DNA of 64,000 nt, from contig NC_047023.1 of NCBI RefSeq assembly GCF_902652985.1, forward strand, positions 25,606,001 through 25,670,000, given 5' to 3'. Positions 25,401-37,276 of the stretch are shown one piece after another. The notes beneath the pieces are model-generated. The model was not told the origin of the DNA. It searched no databases and saw only the letters and a list, made by a program, of their open reading frames with translations. The stretch's first letter is position 1, and every line of letters begins with the position of its first letter. The position numbers and the translations under genes were made by a program. Source of the stretch: Pecten maximus (lineage: Eukaryota).

Positions 25401-28400
25401 AAGTAAAAGAATTTATCCTATTGAACGATGGACATACAATGGTATGCCAATTGAGTTGGTAGATCAATTTTGTTACCTTGGTCTGACTTTTAATTATAAT
25501 GGTAAATTTACTGTTGCTTTGAATAACTTTGCTATGCAAGGCAGAAAAGCTTACTTCTTGTTAAATAGGAAAATGAAAAGATTCATGTTAAACTGTGAAT
25601 ATCTCATGTTTACTGAACTATGGATGTGAAGTTTGGGGATTTTGTCCGGCACCACAGTTAGAGAAAGTACACTTACTGTTCTTAAAAAATATACTTGGTA
25701 TAAAAAAGACCGCCAATTCTTCCATGGTCTACTCTGAGCTTGGGCGTTTCCCTTTACAAATTAGTCGCAAGATTTCTGTTCTAAAATATTGGATTAAACT
25801 TCTGAATACGGATAATTGTGTTTTAAAATCATGTTATAATGAACTTGTAGAGCTTAACGTAACAAAGCCAAGATGTAAAATGAATCTCATGTATCATGTA
25901 AAGCATGAGCTTAGTAGTTTCGGATTCTATGACGTCTGGTTGTCCAAGTGTGTTCCTAATGAAAAACATTTTTTGCTGTTATACACACAACGGGTGCATG
26001 ATATTTTTATCCAAGAGTTGAGAAACAATTTCGAAAATTCTTCTAAATGTATTTTGTATCAGCATATTGTAGATCGATTTGAATTGCAGTTGTATCTCAC
26101 GAAGTCTTTTAAATTTAGAAATGTACTTACTAAGTATAGGATACAAGCACACGATTTAAGTGTTGAAACTGGTAGATACCAAGGTATTCCCAGAGCCCAA
26201 AGACTGTGTGTATTATGTAATAGAAGGGAAGTTGAAGATGAAACTCATTTTATATTATTATGTCCAGTTTATTCAGAGTTGAGAAGTGTGTACATCAAGC
26301 CGTATTTGTATCGCCGCCCTTCTGTATTCAAGTTAACTGAATTATATGCAAGTAAAAATGTTAAAACTTTAAGAAATTTCAGTAAATATCTAATGCATGC
26401 TTCGTCCAAAAGAATATCTCTACTCAATAACTGAATATTGCGTTAGATAGTATTTGTCAAGTTTCGTTATTTTGCTTGCTTTAGAGAGTGTGTTATATAC
26501 ATGTGTGTAATGGTATGAATTATAATTATATCGGTTGTGTTCTCCGCCATCTTGTACAAATGAATTGTAATGTACGTTTATGTATTATGTAATTCCTATA
26601 TGTTGCGCTACATTCGGAAATAAACTAAACTAAACTAAACTAAACAAAGTTCTGTATTATGTTTTGATAATGTGTATGATAAGCGATTGTGACGGCATAG
26701 CAGTTTTTGTTTTGTTTTTGCAACCATTAGACACTTTCCTCAGCTTATCAATGATTGTTTTAACTGGATAATATGATTTGTTTATTTGAAATTGTGAAGA
26801 TGAATTCCATTGAAGTGAATATATTTCATGAATCTATAGGTTGCTGAAATTTTGGCCATCTTTTTACAAACTACCTTGAATGGCCGTTTCATATAAAGGG
26901 CTGTAATTGTTGATTGTAACAAAACGTCTCCCTAACTGATGGACAGGTATACGGCTCTGATAAGATGGTGCCGGACTCCGCCGCCACAGCCAGTGCCCTG
27001 ATGTGTGGTGAGAAGACAAACTGGTACCTTGTTGGAACCCGAGATCCGGTAGCTATCTCCGATTGTGTCGCCTCTAAAGCCGAGAACATGAAGATGACGT
27101 GCATTCTGGACCATTTTATAGCTGACGGTAAGTAACAACAGTATTAGTGTGTATATTAAAGATCTGAATGAAATATGTATCGGAATCTGGTATTTTGTTT
27201 GATATATGATTTATGACTTCTTACTCATTAATACATACGTGAAAAGAGTCCACATGCCTAAACTATTTATTAAAGAAGTCATATAGAGAACAATAAAGGA
27301 ATCATACAAAGAACAATGTAATTAAAATCTGATACCCAGGTAAAAAGGTATGTGTCCTCTACATATATAGGGTATAGATTATTGTATATATGTCCAGTGT
27401 GCCTGTAATGTCGAATTTGGTTAACCAAGTCCGACGGGACGTAGTCTTGACCTTATATAACACCTTCCATGTATGGTTTTCTGAACACACCTGTCTACAT
27501 CACTGATCCTCTGGTCCTCTGATCATCTGATTATCTTATCCTCTCTCCCTGTCCTTAACTCTTGCCAGACGTACGCGCGAGCGGTCCAGCTATCTACCAC
27601 TTCATATATACACAAATCACGCCATTTTGTCAGCAGCGTACACGTGGAGTTAACTGCCGACACATTGGCGTGATTTGTCACAAATGATGTGTGTTATGTT
27701 CAAATTAGAGTTTTGACTAAAATGGCAATATTCCAAAGACTCCCTTAATTTTATTGTGCTATACTCCAAATAGCTGTTAAGATATGATTCATTCGCGTGA
27801 TCACAGTGCACTAACGCCCACCTATGTATACATTTTTAATTTACTGAAAGACTTCCTATCTTTTGTCATACGTGAAATTTGGTGCACTATGCTCAAAGTG
27901 AACATAACATCATTGTATAAGAATGTGATCGGAATAAATCTTTATTAAAATCCTATTCAATCAAATTGAATATTTACAATGATGTCAATCTACTTTTGTT
28001 CTTGTTTTGCTCTCTTATCATTGATTTTGAGTTTGATTACATGCTGGTATCCCTTTTTTCTCTTTCTTTTCTTAACTCAATGAAGATAAAGAGCAGACAT
28101 CACAGATTTAAAATCAATGTACTTATTTCGATTTTAAACTATTTTCTAATTGTACAGGTCGGTCTACGGGAGTAGTGACATCAGCCCGTGTCACCCACGC
28201 CACGCCCGCCTCTGCTTATGCTCATACCCCAAACCGGGATTGGGAGGGGGACTACCAGACGGCTGGTATCCCCGGGGACTGTAAAGATATTGCCTATCAG
28301 CTGATATATGACAACAACGACATCAATGTATGTGACTGTTATCGTATACACGAGTGACAGATTTATATATCTAAATGTGTAGATATAACATAGATCTACT

Positions 28401-31400
28401 ACCAATTCCTTAAGATGGTGCCAATATAGGCATTTCTGTGGCCGATCAGTGATAAGGCTAATATTTTGCGGGAAGATACTTCAAGGTCAGCTGCATATGC
28501 TAATATTAGCCTTATCGCTGATTGGCTGCAGAAAGTCCCAACGGGCATCACTGTGTCGAAACCGTTTTTTTTTTTTGCTCTACACGATTGCATCGCTATA
28601 ATACACTAATTTGCCTATACTATAAGTAATACACTTTGCATTATTGTATTATTACTATATATAAATATGATAAATGTACGAATGTCCTTGACAAAACATA
28701 GGTAATTTAACTATGAAACTGCATATAAACTTAAAGGAATATTTCTTCATTCGGAAACATGCACAATTTCTATTGATGAAATATATGTCCGAACGATGAT
28801 TATATATGAGTGTTAGTGCTTATGTGTAATGATTAACGCCGAAATGTACAGGGAAAAGGCGTAGTATTTACAAATATTGTCGGTCGAATTAATAATTTTC
28901 AGAACTTAATACTTGAAAAACTTTAATTTATCTTGAGAAGTAAAATTGCCATATTAAAGTAAAGATTATAACTTTTACTACTTAGGAAAAATGCATATTT
29001 GCCAGGAAGTTTAATTTTGACGAGCCAGACTTTATTCAAACGAAGGAATTCCCTTTTAAGTTTGTGTAAAACGTTTGTTGCTAGCGTTGATAATTCATCG
29101 GGGACCGTAACGACGGTAGCATGTACATGTAAGTATAAAATTTACGGTATAGATGAATATAAAAAGCAATGCCTTTTTGGAGACAAACTGTCCTGTATAC
29201 TGCACTCTTACGCAACGTGAGAACCAGAACACTTGGAATGGGATCTGTTTCCGTGTTTTCACGCAATTACATTTGTCATGTAAGTTGATACGCATATACA
29301 TTGTAGTTTAACCTTCGATTGACATGTAGATAGTGCCCCTAGATATTCAGTCAGTTACGTTTGCGACCTTGACCAAGGTTATTAACAAGACCAATGAAGG
29401 CCGGAAACTACTTCCTAAAAATGAAATATCATTTACATTTACATGTGTGTTTTTCTATTTGTCAGACGTCAAAGCACATTTTTTTAAAACTCTAAATCTA
29501 TTTTCGATACAAAGCTATTATTTAGTACTCTGGATAAAAACTACCAAAAGACACGTGCTCCATGCATTTTTTCCATATCAATTCATCGACTGAAACATTG
29601 GTCCTCTATATTCTCCTGCATACCCTATTCAAGAACAACACAACCACTATATGCATTTGAGCCGAGCGGACGATAGAGCCGGCGTTTAATCAATCAAAAC
29701 ATTCCAAATATATACAACACAATTTCATGTATACAAACCATCGGTAAATTCTTAACTCCCTCACGCACTCTATTTACTAATAATACAATATGAAAAACCA
29801 AGCGAGCCACCCAACCTTAAAGCCGTTTTTTTAACGGAGAAAGGAGGTGCACCAGCTCTAAAGCTTCAGGTTTCTTAACAAATGCTGGGATTTTTAACCT
29901 ATTCTTGAGAACAAAATGCCTGGTATTATAATACAAAACACCTACAAAACTACGAAACTATATTACTCTTCCGTAACAATATATACAACAATATTGAATG
30001 AAAGTTTGTCACGACCTAGAAGTCCGCGGCTAGAATCACTACACTACTATACATTTCGCTCGAGCGCCTGTATACATACCCTTTCGTGACTATCTTACAC
30101 GAACTCAGCCTCTGATTGGCTGCCCAGCCTAGCACACCTTTCACGCGCTATTATCGCACGCGAAAAACATAGGACAATAAATTCCCTATATTCTGCGAAA
30201 CGCGGTAATTTTAAATTCTTTAGTAAAGTCCTCTAGATCTGTACAACAAATACAATATTGAATAAGGCATTTTAATAACTTGCAAAGTTTTCAAGTGATT
30301 TTTTTCTTCTTAAATACATACAGTAAGTTTCAGAAGACAATTTCTGCAAATGCCTCATGTTATATTGTTTACTATAATGCATATTTAAAAATATATATAT
30401 ATAATGTAACAGTTAAATTTATTAATGAATAAATAAATAAATAAATAAATAAATAAATATGAAAGTGAACATATGAAGTATTATTATGATGATAGAGACA
30501 ATTTGATTAGAACAGAAAATACTCTTTCAACCATCAAAACATCAATAACTATTTGCTTTTTTATCGTATTTACAAGTTTTATTGTTCGGAATTTTGACAA
30601 GATAGATATTTGATACCAAAAATTTCAGTTTGTAAGATACATGTATAAAACCTACCAAATCAACAGGTACTGTGTATACAGTACATTCATTGATCTGAGC
30701 TACGTAATGTAATCTTACAAACTTATGTTTAGGTTGTGTTTGGAGGAGGACGCCGGTCGTTCCTACCCAATACTACAGTAGATCCAGAAACTAACACCAT
30801 CGACAAGCGGCATCGTCAGGATGGACACGATCTCATACAGGTGAGGGTGTAGTGGATATGACCTCATACAGGTGAGGGTGTAGTGGACACGATCTCATAC
30901 AGGTGAGGGTGTTGTGGATAGGACCTCATACAGGTGAGGGTGTCGTGGATATGATCTCATACAGGTGAGGGTGTAGTGGACACGATCTCATACAGGTGAG
31001 GGTGTTGTGGATAGGACCTCATACAGGTGAGGGTGTCGTGGATATGATCTCATACAGGTGAGGGTGTAGTGGACACGATCTCATACATGTGAGGGTTTCG
31101 TGAATAGGACCTCATACAGGTGAGGGTGTCGTGAATAGGACCTCATACAGGTGAGGGTGTAGTGGATAGGATCTCATACAGGTGAGGGTGTAGTGGATAG
31201 GACCTCATACAGGTGTGGGTGTCGTGAATAGGACCTCATATAGGTGAGGGTGTAGTGGATATGACCTCATACAGGTGAGGGTGTCGTGAATAGGACCTCA
31301 TACAGGTTAGGGTGTAGTGGATATGATCTCATACAGGTGAGGGTGTAGTGGATATGACCTCATACAGGTGAGGGTGTAGTTGATAGGACCTTATACAGGT

Positions 31401-34400
31401 GAGGGTGTAGTGAATAGGATCTCATACAGGTGAGGGTGTAGTGAATAGGATCTCATTCAGGTGAGGGTGTAGTGGATAGGATCTCATACATGTGAGGATG
31501 TAGTGAATAGGATCTCATACAGGTGAGGGTGTAGTGGATAGGACCTCATACAGGTGAGGGTGTAGTGGATAGGATCTCATACAGGTGAGGGTGTAGTGGA
31601 TATGATATCATACAGGTGATGATGTAGTGGAAAGGATCTCATACAGGTGAGGGTGTAGTGGATAGGATCTAATACAGGTGAGGGTGTAGTGGATAGGACC
31701 TCATACAGGTGTGGGTGTCGTGAATAGGACCTCATATAGGTGAGGGTGTAGTGGATATGACCTCATACAGGTGAGGGTGTCGTGAATAGGCCCTCATACA
31801 GGTGAGGGTGTCGTGAATAGGACCTCATACAGGTTAGGGTGTAGTGGATATGATCTCATACAGGTGAGGGTGTAGTGGATATGACCTCATACAGGTGAGG
31901 GTGTCGTGAATAGGACCTCATACAGGTGAGGGTGTCGTGAATAGGACCTCATACAGGTGAGGGTGTAGTGGATAGGACCTCATACAGGTGAGGGTGTAGT
32001 GGATATGATCTCATACAGGTGAGGGTGTAGTGGATAGGACCTCATACAGGTGAGGTTGTAGTGGATAGGACCTCATACATGTGAGGGTGTAGTGGATAGG
32101 ATCTCATACAGGTGAGGGTGTAGTGAATAGGATCTCATACAGGTGATGATGTAGTGAATAGGATCTCATACAGGTGAGGATGCAGTGAATAGGACCTCAT
32201 ACAGGTGAGGGTGTAGTGGATATGATCTCATACATTTGCGGGTGTCTTGAATAGGATCTCATACAGATGAAGTCGTAGGGGGTATACAGTGAGGTTGTAG
32301 TGCATACGATCTCATAAAGGTGACGATATAGAGGCCGCGATCTCATACAGGGAGGATGAAACGGACACGTTTACAACATGATATACGCATGATCGCGTAA
32401 TTTCAAGCAACCGAGAGTGAATAGGGTTTTAAACTCGTACAGCTGAGAGTGAAGAAGGTTTTGATCTCGTACAGATGAGTGCGTAGTGACCAAGATGTCG
32501 CACAGGTAAAAGTGTAGTAGAGCATTATCATCATAAAATATATATTTATGTTTATCAACAGGAATTTCATAAATATCAGTTACCCAGGTCTATTAACCAA
32601 GATGTTAAAACATAATGGCAGTGCGCATGATCAATTTGAGCATGGTGCTACTTCTATATAGTTGCATATTGTAATGAATATTTTGTGAATCTTGCACTAA
32701 TGGCCAATGCAATGTATAGACCCCTAACTGTAGTATTCAGTCAGCTAAAGAAATACTTTACAAGGTTAGAATATCATCAGTAAAGAAGCAGTCACTTGAG
32801 ACCATGCCATTCAAAGTTCTGCAGTACAAATGCAGTGGAGCATATCAGGGCGGTTTTTATGGAGATGTTGGATGTTATAATTAATGTATGATGACAACTT
32901 TTTCCCGTCCGTAGCATCATTTCCTCCCCATTGTAATTGTTTTTTGGTAGAGCGAAATGATTGAATATCAAAACTGCATAGCCAATAACAGGCAATATTT
33001 TTGGTATAAGAATACTCGTGGATCCGTCTTTAGTTAGCAGTTGTCGATGGTAACTCGCTGTATTAGTCGCCAATGTGTGTAAATGTAACAATGATAGTAT
33101 TTTATTCAGATATGGAAAGATATTCAGCGGACCAAGGGACATAAACATGACTATGTATGGAACAAGGGTCAATTTGATAACATCAACCCCGAGGAGGTAG
33201 ACTACGTACTAGGTAATGCCAGAGTTTGCTGTACTGCAGCACATCAATGTCTCCAAGCACTAAGAACTATATCAAGTGGGATGCATATCGCTGTCCTAAT
33301 TTATTTGAAGCATTATCTCGGTCATTTGGGCCATAAGAAACGACAAATTGTACAAGATTTGTACAGAAGACAAACACGATTTCAGATTGAGTTAGATAAA
33401 TTGGAGCTAAACGTGAATCAAACTATGTGACGTTGATATTAAAGGCCTAAAGTGTTACTACCTAGTAGCTGACTGGGGAAACTAAAGGTAGAGGGAAATG
33501 TCGAAATATATATAGGGAGGTGCGATATCCCCGTTTTCAATAATTTGCAATATTAGATGTAAAATAACGCCAAATACACTCTTTCTTCACAAATACACCA
33601 ATTTAGGATGTAATGCAGATATATACAATGTGGAGCTGTAGATACAGTCTAGGCTTCAACGTCAGTTTTTATATGCGTTCTTAAGACTATACAGTTTATT
33701 TTAGGATTGTTTGGATCGAGCCACATGCAGTACGTACTAGATCGTGACCCCTCCCCAGCCGGTGAACCAACCCTGGCAGAACTAACGGAGAAAGCAATTA
33801 ACATACTGAAGAAGAACGATAAAGGGTACTTTATGATGGTAGAAGGTACGTATTTAATATAGTATGGTATACATTTTGTATATGCAATTTATAGTATCAT
33901 CTGATATTTGTACGCAAAAAGCAATGATGCCATTTTGTAAATGCGATATACACGAACAAATATTCCTGATTATAAAGGTACGCAAATATTACTTCTCTAA
34001 TGGGTGATTACGCAAAGATAAGTGATGTAATTTTACACCCATCACGGAAATAGAAATAACGTCATTCTGTATATATATAACTTGATATTGATTATGATAA
34101 TAACAAACATAACCAAAAACAAAGCAGAACAAAACTTACTGCTACAGAGGACGTTTATCATTTTCGTATATCACCCTCTCTATCCAAGACGCAATATTCC
34201 CACAACTAGAATCGTCATATTAAACAATAAATAAGTAAATAAATTAATTAATTAAAAAACATTACTAACACGTTATGATAACTACATATCTTTTGTACAA
34301 ATCCATTATCAACAAATGATACCGTGATATGATTTATTTCTTTAAATCATGATTTGTGTACAGGTGCCCGTATAGACCACGCCCATCATGATATCTTAGC

Positions 34401-37276
34401 TCATTACGCCCTAGAGGAGACGTTGGCCTTAGAGGCGGCGGTCAAAAAGGCTGCCGATATGACGTCAGAGGAGGATACTCTCATCATTTTCACCGCCGAT
34501 CACTCTCATGTGTTTAACATTGGGGGCTATACACGGAGAGGGAATCCTATTTTCGGTAAGTTTCTCTCTAGTGACCTACACACGGAGAGGGAATCCTATT
34601 TTCGGTAAGTTTCCCTCTAGTGACCTACACACGGAGAGGGAATCCTATTTTCGGTAAGTTTCTCTCTGGTGACCTAGAAACGGAGAGGGAATCCTATTTT
34701 CGGTAAGTTTCTCTCTAGTGACCTACACACGGAGAGGGAATCCTATTTTCGGTTAGTGTCTCTCTAGTGACCTACACACAGAGAGGGAATCCTATTTTCG
34801 GTAAGTTTCCCTCTAGTGACCTACACACAGAGAGGGAATCCTATTTTCGGTAAGTTTCCCTCTAGTGACCTACACACGGAGAGGGAATCCTATTTTCGGT
34901 AAGTTTCCCTCTAGTGACCTAGAAACGGAGAGGGAATCCTATTTTCGGTAAGTTTCCCTCTAGTTCCCTACACACGGAGAGGGAATCCTATTTTCGGTAA
35001 GTTTCCCTCTAGTGACCTACACACGGAGAGGGAATCCTATTTTCGGTAAGTTTCCCTCTAGTGACCTACACACGGAGAGGGAATCCTTTTTTGGTAAGTT
35101 CCCTCTAGTGACCTACACACGGAGAGGGAATCATATTTTCGGTAAGTTCCCTCTAGTGACCTACACACGGAGAGGGAATCCTATTTTCGGTAAGTTTCCC
35201 TCTAGTGACCTACACACGGAAAGGGAATCCTTTTTTTGGTAAGTTTCCCTCTAGTGACCTACACACGGAGAGGGAATCCTTTGCTATTGATTAGTTTCTT
35301 TCTAGTTACCTAGACACGGAGAGGGAATCCTATTTTCGGTAAGTTTCCCTCTAGTGACCTACACACGGAGAGGGAATCCTATTTTCGGTAAGTTTCCCTC
35401 TAGTGACCTACACACGGAGAAGGAATCCTTTTTTTGGTAAGTTTCCCTCTAGTGACCTACACACGGAGAGGGAATCCTTTGCTATTGATTAGTTTCTTTC
35501 TAGTTACCTAGACACGGAGAGGGAATCCTAATTTCGGTAAGTTTCCCTCTAGTGACCTAGAAACGGAGAGGGAATCCTATTTTCGGTTAGTTTCCCTCTA
35601 GTGACCTACACACGGAGAGGGAATCCTATTTTTGGTAAGTGTCTCTCTAGTGACCTAGAAACGGAGAGGGAATCCTATTTTCGGTAAGTTTCCCTCTAGT
35701 GACCTACACACGGAAAGGGAATCCTATTTTCGGTAAGTTTCTCTCTAGTGACCTACACACGGAGCTGAACTGTCTTTTAAGGTAAGAAAATATGTAACAG
35801 AGACGAAATTCTATCTCCACTGATCTTCTCTCTAATTGTCTAAACACAGAGGGATACCTTTCTCCGTCATATTTACTTTGTATCATTGTACAAACGAGAC
35901 ACAATTGAATACAACATGCGGCTTTAAATTACCAATAGTATTGAGAATATATAGGGGTGGAATGGCTTCATAGTAATTTATTCATAGCTAATTTCAAAAG
36001 AACTTGATATTCGATATATTCTAGTTCAAGTTTCCAAAAGAAAATAAACATAGCTTCCAATGTAACAGTTATGGACATATTCTTGGTTTGTGTACCTGAG
36101 CCGATAACCTTTCCCAATGGAATACCCCCTGATATATGCTGGGAAAGTTTTAATTGGATTGTAACGAACTTAGATAAGTTGGTTCCTATCAAATGTTGGG
36201 TATGATTCATTTTCAGTATAGATATTTTTCGGTTTATATTTTATAGGTATCTCTGAACCACAGTCTGACGAGCCTCCACTTGACAATCTCCCATACACCG
36301 TGCTAAACTATGGTAACGGGCCATCTCGAGTCCTCAACGGAACACGAGTCAATCTGACCGGAGTCGACACAGGTGACTAGCCATTGTCTAACAGTTTTCT
36401 TGATTCCTGAGTGTGTTATCCCTAGATAAACTCTTGTCCAGTGTTTTTCACGACATGTCATGTCACCATTTTCAGATATCCCAGTTCGAATATAGTGACA
36501 TTAGGAAAGTAATCGTCATTTTGTAAATAATACTGTTGCACTTAAATAAGGAAAATAATCGGGATTAAGCCGTATATTGTCATTATTTAAATAGGTATTA
36601 TTATGATCTTATTCTGTAAATCGGCTATTCTGGAGACATTTGCTATATATATTTGATGTAGATAAATAAGCCAATATATGATATAAGTGCTGTATTGTAC
36701 CTAAAATATGAGTTGCGATTTCAGTTAAGCTTCTAATAAAGATAGAACAATACATCGCTAAATGTACTTTATATTAAAAATTTTATTTAGCTTTTAGTTA
36801 TTCATGCTAATTAAGCTTTAAATAGTTATTGTATCTAAATAAACCAGTAAAATTTAACACGAGCTCTTCTCCTATTCTAATTCATTTGTTGTTTTCAAAA
36901 CGATGATTTTTTTTTTTTTATTTTAATAATTTTAATTTTACTTCCATGTTTTAATTCATTTATTAACACTAAATATATTTAATGTATCACAGCTGCTAAA
37001 GACTATTTACCTGAGAGTGGGGTCCCCTTGGCTTACGAAACTCACTCCGGAGAGGATGTCGGGATATATGCCCGTGGCCCAATGGCACATCTCCTCCATG
37101 GAGTCCAGGAACAACATTATGTAGCTCACGTGATGCAGTATGCTGCTTGTGTTGGACACTTCAGATCTGACTGTAACCGGGATGTAAATAATGGCCGACA
37201 GCTTATGCCTAGTCTTATGGTTATCTTCTTGTCGATATGTTTTAAATATGCAAAAACATATTTTGTGATATATTAA
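19398..37276 (+). CDS. ALPL: Alkaline phosphatase paralogue 2 (TNAP-like), complete, 10 coding exons, 530 aa
   Basis: Exons 19398-19464 (signal peptide [19 protein letters not shown]), 24758-24978, 26947-27127, 28158-28327, 30733-30840, 33110-33212, 33705-33845, 34364-34555, 36247-36372, 36993-37276. Total 1593 nt, open frame; catalytic and metal-binding motifs present. Symbol is family-level. Confidence 0.95.
20460..20898 (-). mobile_element. Dispersed repeat, inverted copy of 5285-5700
   Basis: Reverse-complement similarity, e.g. aaaattaaaagaaacaactcaa and tttccgtctc(a/g)gatta. Confidence 0.75.
22525..23361. mobile_element. Non-autonomous DNA transposon with TTAA flanks (Kolobok/piggyBac-type)
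   Basis: TTAA|AGCAACACACTCCC ... GGGAGCATGTGGCT|TTAA imperfect TIRs. Confidence 0.6.
24758..24978 (+). CDS. ALP-2 exon 2
   Basis: cagcag| acceptor; [12 protein letters not shown]; AAG|gtaatg donor. Confidence 0.93.
25278..26645 (+). mobile_element. 5'-truncated non-LTR retrotransposon (RTE-X/CR1-group-like) in ALP-2 intron 2
   Basis: Begins just after the expected YADD motif ([15 protein letters not shown]), then KTKIVVF, YLG, YGCEVWG, ELG, CxxC..EDETHF..CP; frameshift near 25595; (TAAAC)n tail. Confidence 0.9.
26947..27127 (+). CDS. ALP-2 exon 3 ([25 protein letters not shown]...)
   Basis: acag| acceptor, G|gtaagt donor. Confidence 0.92.
28158..28327 (+). CDS. ALP-2 exon 4
   Basis: [20 protein letters not shown]; AAT|gtatgt donor. 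Confidence 0.93.
30733..30840 (+). CDS. ALP-2 exon 5
   Basis: [10 protein letters not shown]...RQDGHDLIQ|gtgagg. Confidence 0.92.
30823..32350 (+). repeat. 31-bp minisatellite containing the ALP-2 exon 5 splice donor, roughly 45-50 copies
   Basis: Unit ggata(t/g)ga(c/t)ctcatacag|gtgagggtgtagt; first copy is the exon end; decays toward 32520. Confidence 0.96.
33110..33212 (+). CDS. ALP-2 exon 6
   Basis: IWKDIQ...VDYVLG|gtaatg. Confidence 0.9.
33705..33845 (+). CDS. ALP-2 exon 7
   Basis: LFGSSHMQY...EPTLAELT...GYFMMVEG|gtacgt. Confidence 0.93.
34364..34555 (+). CDS. ALP-2 exon 8
   Basis: ARIDHAHH...[22 protein letters not shown]|gtaagt. Confidence 0.93.
34531..35764 (+). repeat. 49-bp minisatellite containing the ALP-2 exon 8 splice donor, ~25 copies
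   Basis: Unit acacggagagggaatcctattttcg|gtaagtttccctctagtgacctac. Confidence 0.96.
36247..36372 (+). CDS. ALP-2 exon 9
   Basis: [14 protein letters not shown]; G|gtgact donor. Confidence 0.92.
36993..37276 (+). CDS. ALP-2 last exon
   Basis: cacag| acceptor; [19 protein letters not shown]; TAA. Confidence 0.93.
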
